NCBI GenBank assembly: GCA_043798995.1
Contig: JAZDOD010000008.1
Span: 119,468 to 183,467, forward strand
Length of the DNA: 64,000 nt
Direction: 5' to 3'
DNA from: a bacterium
GTDB lineage: Bacteria; Patescibacteriota; Patescibacteriia; JAACEG01; JAGUWE01
This document shows positions 38,140-47,453 of this stretch, in pieces. Each line of letters begins with the position of its first letter. Position 1 is the stretch's first letter. Below the pieces are notes generated by a model that had not been told where the DNA came from, ran no database searches, and worked only from the letters and a program-made list of their open reading frames with translations. A program made the translations under genes and the position numbers.

Positions 38140-38331
38140 ATGAATTCTCAAAATGACTTTGGTAGTCGTCAAATGTACCAAGGCGATTGGACTTGCGCAG
38201 AATGCGGAGCTAAAATCACCGAACTGCCTTTTCAGCCAGATGGTGACAGACCGATTTATTGTCGGGATTGCCACCGGACCCGCCGACGTAGTAGCGATCA
38301 AGGCGATCGTGGATCAAGACGAAGATACTAA
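38140..38331 (+). CDS. CxxC-x17-CxxC zinc-ribbon protein
   Basis: CAECG....LPF.P...RPIYCRDC. Confidence 0.85.
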   Translation: MNSQNDFGSRQMYQGDWTCAECGAKITELPFQPDGDRPIYCRDCHRTRRRSSDQGDRGSRRRY

Positions 38332-38338
38332 AGATAAA

Positions 38339-38419
38339 CCTAAAAATCCGCTTAAAAGCGGATTTTTAGATTGCCAAGAACTAAAAAACCAACCTCAACG
38401 GTTGGCTTTTTAGTTCTTG
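38339..38419. terminator. Two tandem long hairpins (terminator-like, bidirectional)
   Basis: ctaaaaatccgctt/aagcggatttttag and caagaactaaaaa.ccaacc/ggttgg.tttttagttcttg. Confidence 0.7.
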
Positions 38420-38562
38420 TATATTAAGGCGCGTAGAACCAGTGTTTTAAAATGGCAAATTTTTCTTTTCTTTGTCCATTATAGCGGATTTAAAAAATTT
38501 GTCAAGAGCCACGATCTGTTATATACTAATAACTAACAACTATTAACTAATAACTAAACCAT

Positions 38563-38892
38563 ATGAACATCACTATCAAGGCCACTAATTTGGAGCTAAC
38601 TCCCGAGCTTAGAGCTTATATTGAGGAAAAATTTCAGCATTTGACCCATTATTTTGATAATATTTTAGAAGCTCACGTTGAAATTGAAAAAACCACTCGC
38701 CATCATCAGAAAGGTGAAATTTTCCGCGCCGAAGCTAATTTAAGAGTGCCGGTTAAAGGCGTGTTGCGGGTAGAAAAAACAGAAAAAGACATTTATAAAG
38801 CCATTGATAAGGTTAAGGATCATTTTAAGGAAGAAATTATAAGATATAAAGAAAAATTAAGAGAACATAGCTCTCGGCCAGATAAAACTTAG
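38563..38892 (+). CDS. hpf: Ribosome hibernation factor (short HPF/RaiA)
   Basis: MNI.I.A.NLELTP.L..YIE.K...D.Y.AID...YKEK. Confidence 0.9.
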   Translation: MNITIKATNLELTPELRAYIEEKFQHLTHYFDNILEAHVEIEKTTRHHQKGEIFRAEANLRVPVKGVLRVEKTEKDIYKAIDKVKDHFKEEIIRYKEKLREHSSRPDKT

Positions 38893-38930
38893 TTTTAGTA
38901 AAATAATGTAAAAATTTAAAAGGAGGAGAA

Positions 38931-39062
38931 ATGGAAATATGGGAGGCACTTAAGATATTTTTTAATCCCGTAAAAATGTTAGTCGGGGTGGTAGTTGTGC
39001 TGATAACCTATCTGATCCTGCGTAAAATCTTTGGAGAAAAAGAAACAAAAAGAAAATCCTGA
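38931..39062 (+). CDS. 43-aa single-TM small protein (absent from the ORF track)
   Basis: AGGAGG SD; MEIWEALKIFFNPVKMLVGVVVVLITYLILRKIFGEKETKRKS; own terminator at 39080-39108. Confidence 0.65.
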   Translation: MEIWEALKIFFNPVKMLVGVVVVLITYLILRKIFGEKETKRKS

Positions 39063-39191
39063 AAATAATAAAAACTTTTAGCAGGCCTCAAAAACCTGCT
39101 TTTTTTATTTACCCTGAGTTTATCGAAGGGTTTTATCCCCTTGAATTTTTGCTTAATTTGGAATATAATTAGGAAGTAATATTCTTCAAAT

Positions 39192-39312
39192 TGTCATTCC
39201 GGACTTGATCCGGAATCCAGATTATTTCTATGACAAATTATTTCACTGGATTCCTGCTCCCCGCTTTCGCGGGGACAAGTTTACCCCTGCGGAAGCAGGG
39301 GCAGGAATGACA
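39192..39312. repeat. Composite GTCA...TGAC palindromic element
   Basis: tgtcattccggacttgatccggaatccag ... ctggattcctgc...gcaggaatgaca; relatives at 43144-43233, 46520-46613, 47415-47441, 48953-49080, 49392-49514 and 59434-59557. Confidence 0.8.
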
Positions 39313-39333
39313 GATTATGTATTTTGTTTTCTT

Positions 39334-42129
39334 ATGAATATTTTAACAAAAATTTTAGGCGATCCGAATCAGCGGGTGATTGATAAACTTGAGCCGTTAG
39401 TTGAAAAAATTAATCAACTTGAGTCAAAATTTGAAAAATTAAGCCCCGAGGAATTAAAGGCGCAAACCGAGCTTTTTCAAGAGCGACTTAAAAAAGGCGA
39501 AACCCTGGATGAGCTTTTGCCCGAGGCCTTTGCCGCGGTGCGTGAAGCAGCCAAAAGGACTCTTGGTCAGCGCCATTTTGATGTTCAGTTAATCGGCGGC
39601 ATTGTGCTTCATCGCGGTGAAATTGCGGAAATGAAAACAGGTGAAGGCAAAACTTTAACGGCCACTTTGCCGGTTTATTTGAATGCTTTGACCGGCAAGG
39701 GCGTTCATCTGATAACAGTCAATGATTATTTAGCTCAACGCGATTCAGTTTGGATGGGGCAAGTTTATCATGCCTTGGGATTAACCATCGGCTGCATACA
39801 ACATGAAACTGCTTTTTTATTTGATCAGGCAGTGGAAAATTCCTTAAAACCCGTAAACCGTAAAGAAGCTTATTTGGCTGACATTACTTATGGCACCAAT
39901 AATGAATTTGGTTTTGATTATCTGCGCGATAATATGGTGGATGATTTAGAGAGGATGGTGCAAAGGGAACTACATTTCGCGATTGTTGACGAGGTTGACA
40001 GTATTTTAATTGACGAAGCTCGCACCCCGCTTATTATTTCCGCACCGGCCGAAGAAGGGACCGAGATGTATTATAAATTCTCCCAATTGGTTAAACGATT
40101 GAAAGAAAACGAGGATTACAACATTGATGAGAAAATGCGCGCGGCTACTCTGACCGAAGAGGGCATTAATAAAATGGAACGTTGGCTTGGCGTTGATAAT
40201 ATTTATACTGCCGGCGGCGTTCGGATGGTCCATCATATTGAACAGGCGCTAAGGGCTATGGCGCTTTTTAAACTTGATCGCGATTATGTTATAAAAGACG
40301 GCGAAATAATTATTGTTGACGAATTTACCGGTCGGCTGATGTTTGGCCGGCGTTACAGCGAAGGGCTTCATCAAGCCATTGAAGCCAAAGAAGGAGTGCC
40401 AATCCAGCGCGAATCGCAGACACTGGCCACTATTACTTTTCAGAATTATTTCCGGCTTTATGAAAAATTGGCCGGTATGACCGGCACGGCCGTAACCGAA
40501 GCCGAAGAATTCGCCAAAATTTATAATTTAGAAGTTGTAATAATTCCGACCAATAAACCAATGATCCGGCGCGATTTAGCTGATAGAGTTTATCGCAGTG
40601 AGGCCGGAAAATTTCAAGCAGTAATTGAAGAAATTAAAATTCATCATCAAAAAGGCCAGCCGCTTTTAGTTGGCACTATTTCTATTGAAAAAAATGAATT
40701 TTTAAGCCAGCTGCTTAGCCGTGCCGGCATTGCGCATAATCTTTTGAATGCCAAACAGCATGAAAAAGAGGCGCAGATTATCGCTGACGCCGGTAAAATC
40801 GGGGCTGTGACTATTGCCACCAATATGGCCGGCCGCGGTGTGGATATTATCCTTGGCGGCAGGCCGCCCGCGGAACTAATAACTAATAACTTACAACTTA
40901 CAACAGAGCAAAAGGGGAAATTGACAAAATGGCAGGAGGAGCACGATAAAGTGGTGGCATCAGGGGGGTTGCACATCATCGGTACTGAACGCCACGAATC
41001 GCGCCGCATTGACAATCAGTTGCGTGGTCGCAGCGGCCGTCAGGGTGATCCGGGGAGTAGCCAGTTTTATGTTTCTATGGAAGATGATTTAATGAGAATT
41101 TTCGGCGGTGAAAGAATGAAAAATTTAATGACCACTCTCAGAGTGCCGGAAGATATGCCGATTGAAAACAGAATGGTTTCCCGCTCAATTGAATCAGCCC
41201 AGAAAAAAGTGGAGGCCCATCACTTTGATATTAGAAAACATTTGGTTGAATATGACGACATTATTAATAAACACCGGGAGGTAATTTATAAAAAGCGTTG
41301 CGAGATTTTAGAAATAGTGAAAGCCGAAGAGGAAGAAAAAGCCGAGGAAAAGCTGCATGATGAAATTTTGAAAATGGTGGAAAAAGAAATTGAGCAGATT
41401 GTTCTTTTTCATACCGATGAATCAAAAGGCGACTGGAGTTTGAAAGAAATTTATGAGGCGGTCAAGACGATTTTTCCGGTTACCCAGGAGTTAGAGCTTA
41501 GAATTGAAGAAATTAGCCAAGATAAAGGCCAACTGGGCGTGGCTGAAATTAGAACGAAAATCATTAATTATTTATTTGATTTGGCGCATAAAGCGTATGA
41601 ACAGTTGGAAAATAAGGTTCTTACCAACAGCAATGATCCAAAATTGATGCGGGTAATTGAAAAAGGCATACTGCTTAGGGTGATTGATACGCTTTGGATT
41701 GAACATTTGGAAGCAATTGACCACTTGCGCACCGGCATTGGGCTGCGCGGCTATGGCCAGCGCGATCCTTTAGTTGAATATAAGAAAGAAGCTTTTCGCA
41801 TATTCACTGAACTGGTGAATTTAATTCAAAAAGAAGTGGTCTATAGTATTTATAAAATCAGCTTTGCCCAAAAAATCGCGCCATCTTTGATGCAAACTGA
41901 CGCTATTAATGTTTTGGCGCCAAGCAAAACCATGGAAAAAGGAACCGATCGCTGGGCTCAAACGCCGCTTACTAAAGAGGCAAACCAGCGCAGCCAAGAT
42001 TCAATTCCCGCCAAAATGCGCGATGCTGCCGGCCAAAAAGTCGGTAGAAACGATCCGTGCCCATGTGGAGCGACTAAATCAGACGGTCGTCCGATTAAAT
42101 ATAAACATTGCCATGGTAAGGGTGCTTAA
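39334..42129 (+). CDS. secA: Preprotein translocase SecA
   Basis: EMKTGEGKT, DEVDSILIDEARTP, ATNMAGRG, QLRGRSGRQGDPG and SEC-C tail. Confidence 0.97.
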   Translation: MNILTKILGDPNQRVIDKLEPLVEKINQLESKFEKLSPEELKAQTELFQERLKKGETLDELLPEAFAAVREAAKRTLGQRHFDVQLIGGIVLHRGEIAEMKTGEGKTLTATLPVYLNALTGKGVHLITVNDYLAQRDSVWMGQVYHALGLTIGCIQHETAFLFDQAVENSLKPVNRKEAYLADITYGTNNEFGFDYLRDNMVDDLERMVQRELHFAIVDEVDSILIDEARTPLIISAPAEEGTEMYYKFSQLVKRLKENEDYNIDEKMRAATLTEEGINKMERWLGVDNIYTAGGVRMVHHIEQALRAMALFKLDRDYVIKDGEIIIVDEFTGRLMFGRRYSEGLHQAIEAKEGVPIQRESQTLATITFQNYFRLYEKLAGMTGTAVTEAEEFAKIYNLEVVIIPTNKPMIRRDLADRVYRSEAGKFQAVIEEIKIHHQKGQPLLVGTISIEKNEFLSQLLSRAGIAHNLLNAKQHEKEAQIIADAGKIGAVTIATNMAGRGVDIILGGRPPAELITNNLQLTTEQKGKLTKWQEEHDKVVASGGLHIIGTERHESRRIDNQLRGRSGRQGDPGSSQFYVSMEDDLMRIFGGERMKNLMTTLRVPEDMPIENRMVSRSIESAQKKVEAHHFDIRKHLVEYDDIINKHREVIYKKRCEILEIVKAEEEEKAEEKLHDEILKMVEKEIEQIVLFHTDESKGDWSLKEIYEAVKTIFPVTQELELRIEEISQDKGQLGVAEIRTKIINYLFDLAHKAYEQLENKVLTNSNDPKLMRVIEKGILLRVIDTLWIEHLEAIDHLRTGIGLRGYGQRDPLVEYKKEAFRIFTELVNLIQKEVVYSIYKISFAQKIAPSLMQTDAINVLAPSKTMEKGTDRWAQTPLTKEANQRSQDSIPAKMRDAAGQKVGRNDPCPCGATKSDGRPIKYKHCHGKGA

Positions 42130-42222
42130 ATTTAAGAAAAAAGCAAGCGGAGTCCACCAAAGCCTTGGCGTCGGCGGATGGGTCAGGTAAGAAATATAAA
42201 AAGTGTTGCGGGAAATAAAATT

Positions 42223-42651
42223 ATGGAACAAAACAAGCCAAAAGTTGGTGTCGGCGTGATGATTCTTAAGGATGGCAAGGTTTTGCTTGGCAAAAGAAAA
42301 GGATCGCACGGAGAAGGAGAATATGCTTTCCCTGGCGGCCACCTTGAGTATATGGAATCTTTTGAGGATTGTGCGAGGAGGGAGGTTAATGAAGAATGCG
42401 GCATTGAAATTAAAAATATCCGATTCCAGTTTTTAGCCAACATAACGAAATACGCCCCCAAACACTATGTGCACATCGGATTATTAGTAGATTGGAAAAG
42501 TGGCGATCCTAAAGTATTGGAGCCAGAGAAGTCGGAATCATGGGATTGGTATGAGCTTGATAAATTACCGCAGCCGATGTTTGAGATGTGTAAATTAGCC
42601 ATTGATAGCTATAAGACTGGCAGGAATTATTATGATGTTCCTGCGGACTAA
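42223..42651 (+). CDS. NUDIX hydrolase (NUDT15/MTH2-like)
   Basis: PGGHLEYMES...ARREV.EECG; EPEK...W.W. Confidence 0.9.
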   Translation: MEQNKPKVGVGVMILKDGKVLLGKRKGSHGEGEYAFPGGHLEYMESFEDCARREVNEECGIEIKNIRFQFLANITKYAPKHYVHIGLLVDWKSGDPKVLEPEKSESWDWYELDKLPQPMFEMCKLAIDSYKTGRNYYDVPAD

Positions 42652-42687
42652 GAAATAAATATAAGAAGTGCCTTGGGGCGTAAAAAT

Positions 42688-43137
42688 ATGCCAAAATTTA
42701 AACCCAAACCGGGACAAATTGATTTTAGCCAGGCTCGTTGGGCGCCGGTGATTAATTGCGTGGTAAAATACAAAGATAAAATTTTAATTGTCCAGCGAAG
42801 CCAGGATTCTAATTTTTATCCCGGCTACTGGAACGGCATTTCCGGCTTTTTGGACGATGATAGAAGTTTGGAAGAAAAAGTCAAAAAAGAATTACAAGAA
42901 GAATTGGGGATTGAGCAGGCAAATATAATCTCAATTCGTTTGGGAGCAATTTTTCACGAAGATGCGCCAAAATATAATAAAACCTGGATTGTTCATCCGG
43001 TTTTGGTAGGGGTGGCAACAGACAAAATTAAACTTGATTGGGAGGCGCAAAATTATCAGTGGGTTACTCTCAAAGAAGTAAAAAATTTCAATTTATTGCC
43101 GGGATTTGATAGGGTGTTAGAGAATTTGTTTAATTAA
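42688..43137 (+). CDS. NUDIX-fold protein
   Basis: G.W.GISG......E..EELG; LDWE. Confidence 0.8.
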   Translation: MPKFKPKPGQIDFSQARWAPVINCVVKYKDKILIVQRSQDSNFYPGYWNGISGFLDDDRSLEEKVKKELQEELGIEQANIISIRLGAIFHEDAPKYNKTWIVHPVLVGVATDKIKLDWEAQNYQWVTLKEVKNFNLLPGFDRVLENLFN

Positions 43138-43286
43138 CAACCTGTCATCCCGCACTTAATGCGGGATCCAGAACTTGCCCTTGTTAAAGTAAGGAACTAT
43201 CAAAACTGGATTCCTGCTTTCGCAGGAATGACAATCTTTTTATTATTTGATTTTTTTTTAAGTTTGTTGTATATTTAAAATAATAT

Positions 43287-44030
43287 ATGATTGAGTTAAT
43301 TTGGCATGATTTTTTGTACCAGCCGTTTTTGAATTTACTGATTCTGATTTATAACAATTACACGAATTTTAATCTGGGATTGGCGGTTATTTATTTGACC
43401 GTTCTTTTACGATTAGTGCTTTTGCCCTTTACATTTGTTTCCGAACGTGATAAATTGCGCTGGGAGCGGCTTAACGAGGAAGTTAAGAAGATCAAAGAGG
43501 ATTATAAAAAAGATCCGGTGATGATGAAAGAAATGGTCCGCGAAACTTTAAAAAAATATCAGATTCGGCCCTGGGCTAAAACCGTGGTTTTGGGAATTCA
43601 ACTTCTGGTTTTGATTGTCTTATATCAGGTTTTTATGGGTGGAATTAATAATAAATTTAATGATTTATATAACGGCGTAGACGCGCCTGATTTTATTCAG
43701 CTGATCTTTTTGCCTATTAATCGATTAAATTTTTCCGGTTTTAATTTGGGGGCGACCAGAGATTTAATTTTACCAGCTTTAGTCGGCATAATTTTGTATC
43801 TTGAAATTTATCTTAGCCAGAGAGCCCGCAGCGAAATTTTAACCCGTTCGGACGCGGCTTTTCGATTTTTTTTCCCGCTTTTTAGTTTTTTCGCCCTTTA
43901 TTATCTGCCGACGGTGAAATCAGTTTTTATATTGACTTCAATGTTTTTTTCCATTATTGTTTCACTGATAGCTTGGCCGTTTAGAATGGCGATGCTTAGG
44001 GCGAATAAACTAAATATTAATAAAACTTAA
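43287..44030 (+). CDS. yidC: YidC/Oxa1 family membrane insertase
   Basis: YQP.LN.L...G.A.I.LT...R..L.P followed by a coiled coil and TM helices. Confidence 0.75.
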   Translation: MIELIWHDFLYQPFLNLLILIYNNYTNFNLGLAVIYLTVLLRLVLLPFTFVSERDKLRWERLNEEVKKIKEDYKKDPVMMKEMVRETLKKYQIRPWAKTVVLGIQLLVLIVLYQVFMGGINNKFNDLYNGVDAPDFIQLIFLPINRLNFSGFNLGATRDLILPALVGIILYLEIYLSQRARSEILTRSDAAFRFFFPLFSFFALYYLPTVKSVFILTSMFFSIIVSLIAWPFRMAMLRANKLNINKT

Positions 44031-44164
44031 CAGGTTTAGTTAAAAGTTTAAAGTTTAAAGTGAAAAGTCAAAGTCCAAAATTAAAAATTATTGCTAAAAG
44101 CTAAAATTTTAACTTGAAAATTTAATTTTTAACTTTTCATTTTTAACTTTTAACTATTTATTTT

Positions 44165-44746
44165 ATGGCCGAAGCAATTGATAAGATGATGTATTCCTTT
44201 GTGGTTGAGGATGTTTTGAAGGGATTTTTTATCAAAGTCCCGCCCGGTTATGTCGCCTGCGTTTATGACTTGGGCAGGGGGGTTTTAAAAAGAGTTTTAA
44301 AGCCGGGACTGCATTTAAAAATTCCCTTTTGGCAGAAAGCCAAACTTTTCAACACCCAGACCTTGGAATACAACATCAGTAAGAATTTTGATTCTAAAAA
44401 CGAAAAATTAATGGGCGATGAATTAGTTCGCGTTGTTTCCTTTGACAGTCGAAGTGGCTTAGTGGAAGGAACTATTCTTCTTCGCTTAGATGTGGAACAA
44501 ATCCCGCATATCTGGCAAAATATCGGCGAAGAATTTGTTGAAAAAATTATCCGGCCAACCATCCGTTCCCGCGTCAGAATGATTGCCACTAAATATAACC
44601 TCAAGGACTTAATATCAACCCATCGCGGTCAGGTTGAAATTGAAATCAAGCAGGAATTGGAGAAAATTTTTTATTCCCGTGGCATTTTAGTCGAAAATGT
44701 ATTGCTTTCAGAAATCAAACCCATCTCAGGTAGCGATCAGAAATGA
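44165..44746 (+). CDS. SPFH/Band 7 domain protein
   Basis: V.PG...PGLH.KIPF.Q; I.P..RS..R; GI.V.NV.L. Confidence 0.75.
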   Translation: MAEAIDKMMYSFVVEDVLKGFFIKVPPGYVACVYDLGRGVLKRVLKPGLHLKIPFWQKAKLFNTQTLEYNISKNFDSKNEKLMGDELVRVVSFDSRSGLVEGTILLRLDVEQIPHIWQNIGEEFVEKIIRPTIRSRVRMIATKYNLKDLISTHRGQVEIEIKQELEKIFYSRGILVENVLLSEIKPISGSDQK

Positions 44747-44766
44747 AATTCTATACCCTTTAAATT

Positions 44767-46485
44767 ATGAAATTTTTGACTCCTTTTTTTAGAAAATTAT
44801 TATTTCGCAAATCAGATCAAAAACCCAAAGCCAAAATTCGCTGGCTTGTTTTTGGTTTATTTATCATAGCACTTTTAGTAGCTGCCTTTGATTTTCCGTC
44901 TTATTTTAATGGGGGCGTTGACTGGATTAATGCCAAGACCAGTTTGGGGCTACCCAAGATGTATGATAAACCGTTTAAATTGGGGCTTGATTTGCAGGGT
45001 GGCACTCGTTTAATTTACGAAGCTGATGTTGCCAACATTCCGGATACTGACCGTAATTCAGCCATGGACGGAGTGCGTGATGTTATTGAAAGACGCGTTA
45101 ATGCCTTTGGCGTTTCTGAACCGATTGTTCAGACCAGTAAAACCAGCGGCCAGTGGCTGGTGGTAGTTGAATTAGCCGGCATTAAGGACGTTAATCAGGC
45201 CATAAAAATGATCGGCGAGACACCTCTTTTGGAGTTTAAAGAAGAAAATCAGCCAACTCAAAAGGAATTAACGCCAAAAGAGCAAAAAGAACTGGATGAT
45301 TATAACAAAAAAGCCGAGGAAAAAGCAACAGAAATTCTGAAAGAAGCTCTCAAGCCGGGAGCCGATTTCGCCGAATTAGCTAAAAAAAATTCAGAAGATC
45401 CTGGTTCGGCCCAAAGTGGAGGCGATTTAGGGTTTTTTAAAAAGGGGCAAATGGCGCCGGAATTTGAAAAAGCCGCTTTTGAATTAGGCAATGGGGAGAT
45501 TAGCAAAAATTTAGTTCAGTCAATGTTTGGTTATCACATTATTAAAAGGGAAGAATCGCGCGGGGGAGCACAACCGGACGGTACCGATACCACCGAAGTC
45601 AGAGCCCGCCATATTTTAATTAAAACCAAGTCTAGGGCTGACTTTCAGCCAGAAGCTCCGGCTTGGCTTAACACTCAACTTTCCGGCAAACATTTAAAGC
45701 GTGCTTATGTTCAGTTTGATCCTAATACCCAGGCGCCGGAAGTGAGTTTGGAATTTAATGATGAAGGTAAAAATTTATTTGCCGAAATTACTTCACGTAA
45801 TATCGGCAAGAAAGTAGCTATCTTTTTAGACGAAACGCCAATCAGTATTCCCACTGTCCGTGAGGCAATTAAGGAAGGCAAGGCTATTATCAGCGGCGAT
45901 TTTACTTTAGCCGAAGCTAAATTATTAGCTCAACGGCTTAATGCCGGCGCACTACCCGTGCCGATTAAATTAGTCAGTCAAAATACAGTCGGGGCGACCC
46001 TAGGCAGTATTTCGCTTGAAAAAAGCTTAACCGCTGGTTTTATTGGTTTGGTGGCCGTGGTTTTATTTATGATTTTACTTTATGGCCTAAATGGTCTTCT
46101 GGCTGATTTCGCCCTTTTAGTTTATGGCGTAACAACCCTGGCAATTTTTAAATTATTTGGTATTACTTTGACTTTAGCTGGCATTGCCGGTTTTATCCTT
46201 TCAATCGGGATGGCTGTTGATGCCAATATTTTGATTTTTGCCAGAATGCGCGAAGAAAAAAAATTGGGCAAAAGCGGTTTTCAACTTATTGAAGACGGCT
46301 TCAAACGAGCCTGGCCCTCCATTCGCGACAGCAACATTGCTACTATAATTACTTCTTTAATTTTAATCTGGTTTTCTACCAGCGTTGTTAAGGGTTTTGC
46401 CATAACTTTAATTCTCGGCGTTTTAGTCTCAATGTTTACCGCTATTGTTGTGACGCGATTACTGCTTAAAGCATTTAGAAGTTGA
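44767..46485 (+). CDS. secD: SecD with an inserted parvulin (PpiC) domain
   Basis: LGLDLQGG, R.N.FGV.EP, FAELA...SED..S...GGDLG.F, FGYHII and GMAVDAN motifs. Confidence 0.93.
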   Translation: MKFLTPFFRKLLFRKSDQKPKAKIRWLVFGLFIIALLVAAFDFPSYFNGGVDWINAKTSLGLPKMYDKPFKLGLDLQGGTRLIYEADVANIPDTDRNSAMDGVRDVIERRVNAFGVSEPIVQTSKTSGQWLVVVELAGIKDVNQAIKMIGETPLLEFKEENQPTQKELTPKEQKELDDYNKKAEEKATEILKEALKPGADFAELAKKNSEDPGSAQSGGDLGFFKKGQMAPEFEKAAFELGNGEISKNLVQSMFGYHIIKREESRGGAQPDGTDTTEVRARHILIKTKSRADFQPEAPAWLNTQLSGKHLKRAYVQFDPNTQAPEVSLEFNDEGKNLFAEITSRNIGKKVAIFLDETPISIPTVREAIKEGKAIISGDFTLAEAKLLAQRLNAGALPVPIKLVSQNTVGATLGSISLEKSLTAGFIGLVAVVLFMILLYGLNGLLADFALLVYGVTTLAIFKLFGITLTLAGIAGFILSIGMAVDANILIFARMREEKKLGKSGFQLIEDGFKRAWPSIRDSNIATIITSLILIWFSTSVVKGFAITLILGVLVSMFTAIVVTRLLLKAFRS

Positions 46486-46729
46486 AAATATAAAATTAAA
46501 ATGACAAAAAATGTCATAATGTCATTGCGAGTCCAGCCCTTTCCGAATAAAGGGCTGGGCGTGGCAATCTCATTAATTACTAATTTGTCATGCTGAACTT
46601 GTTTCAGCATCTCAATTAAAATTAGGTTTAATTAAGTTCACATAAAATCCAATCAGAGATCGAATATACAAAAACACATCACCTAAAAACGAGTTAGGTG
46701 AAATGCTTGCTTATTTGTATACGAATCAT

Positions 46730-47251
46730 ATGAAAAAAACTATATTAAAAATTGCCATAATCGTTTTTGCATTACTTCTATTATTTAGTTTGTCAACATA
46801 TACATGGTATATTGGCGTTTTTGTAGGATTACTTTTTTCAGCAATGCCATTCCTCATATCAATCATTACCTTAATAATTGGTATTATTATTTTCGTTACT
46901 CGCAAAAAGATATTATTAGCATTATATTCGTTGATGATAATCATAACAATTATATTGAGTTTTTTCATCGGATCATATATTGGGGAGCTTAAAGAAAAAA
47001 ATACCGCTAAGAATGCCGAGGAAGTTATAGTATTGTTAGAATCTTATAAAATTAAACACAACGAATATCCGGAAAATATTTTATTGTTATTTTCTGATTT
47101 TCCGGACAGCAAAGTTAAATTCAAAAATATTACTTATAATTATATAAACGGCAAAGAATATGAACTATTTCTTAATACAACAAACTGTGGAAAGATATAT
47201 ATAAACAGAACAACAGAACAAAAATGGGATTCTTTGCCATGTCTTCCATAA
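46730..47251 (+). CDS. AT-rich membrane protein, probable integron gene cassette ORF
   Basis: Three hydrophobic segments; bounded by attC-like sites. Confidence 0.65.
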   Translation: MKKTILKIAIIVFALLLLFSLSTYTWYIGVFVGLLFSAMPFLISIITLIIGIIIFVTRKKILLALYSLMIIITIILSFFIGSYIGELKEKNTAKNAEEVIVLLESYKIKHNEYPENILLLFSDFPDSKVKFKNITYNYINGKEYELFLNTTNCGKIYINRTTEQKWDSLPCLP

Positions 47252-47266
47252 ACAAGCAAGTACATC

Positions 47267-47365
47267 GCCTAACACCGAATAAACGGAAAAGTCCTCGGTT
47301 CGAACTTTTCGCAAATTTTCTTCGCTACGCTTCAGAAAAACTTCGTTTATTCGGATATGTTAGAC
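47267..47365 (+). mobile_element. attC-like integron cassette recombination site
   Basis: GCCTAAC (RYYYAAC) ... GTTAGAC (GTTRRRY), internal arms ccgaataaacg/cgtttattcgg, 15 bp after the stop codon. Confidence 0.7.
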
Positions 47366-47453
47366 GAAATAAATTTTATAACCCCCCTTATTTTCTAATT
47401 AACCTCCATTCAACAGATCCCGAAACAAGTTCGGGATGACAGACAAGAAGAAT

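Noticed and set aside
38420-38562. raiA-motif ncRNA upstream of hpf
   Set aside because: The region is short and AT-rich, with no multi-stem structure evident on the sense strand
39205-39333. N-terminal extensions of SecA (also at 33637, 47436, 49006 and 27964) in the ORF track
   Set aside because: They are read-through of intergenic palindromic repeats; homology begins at downstream ATGs
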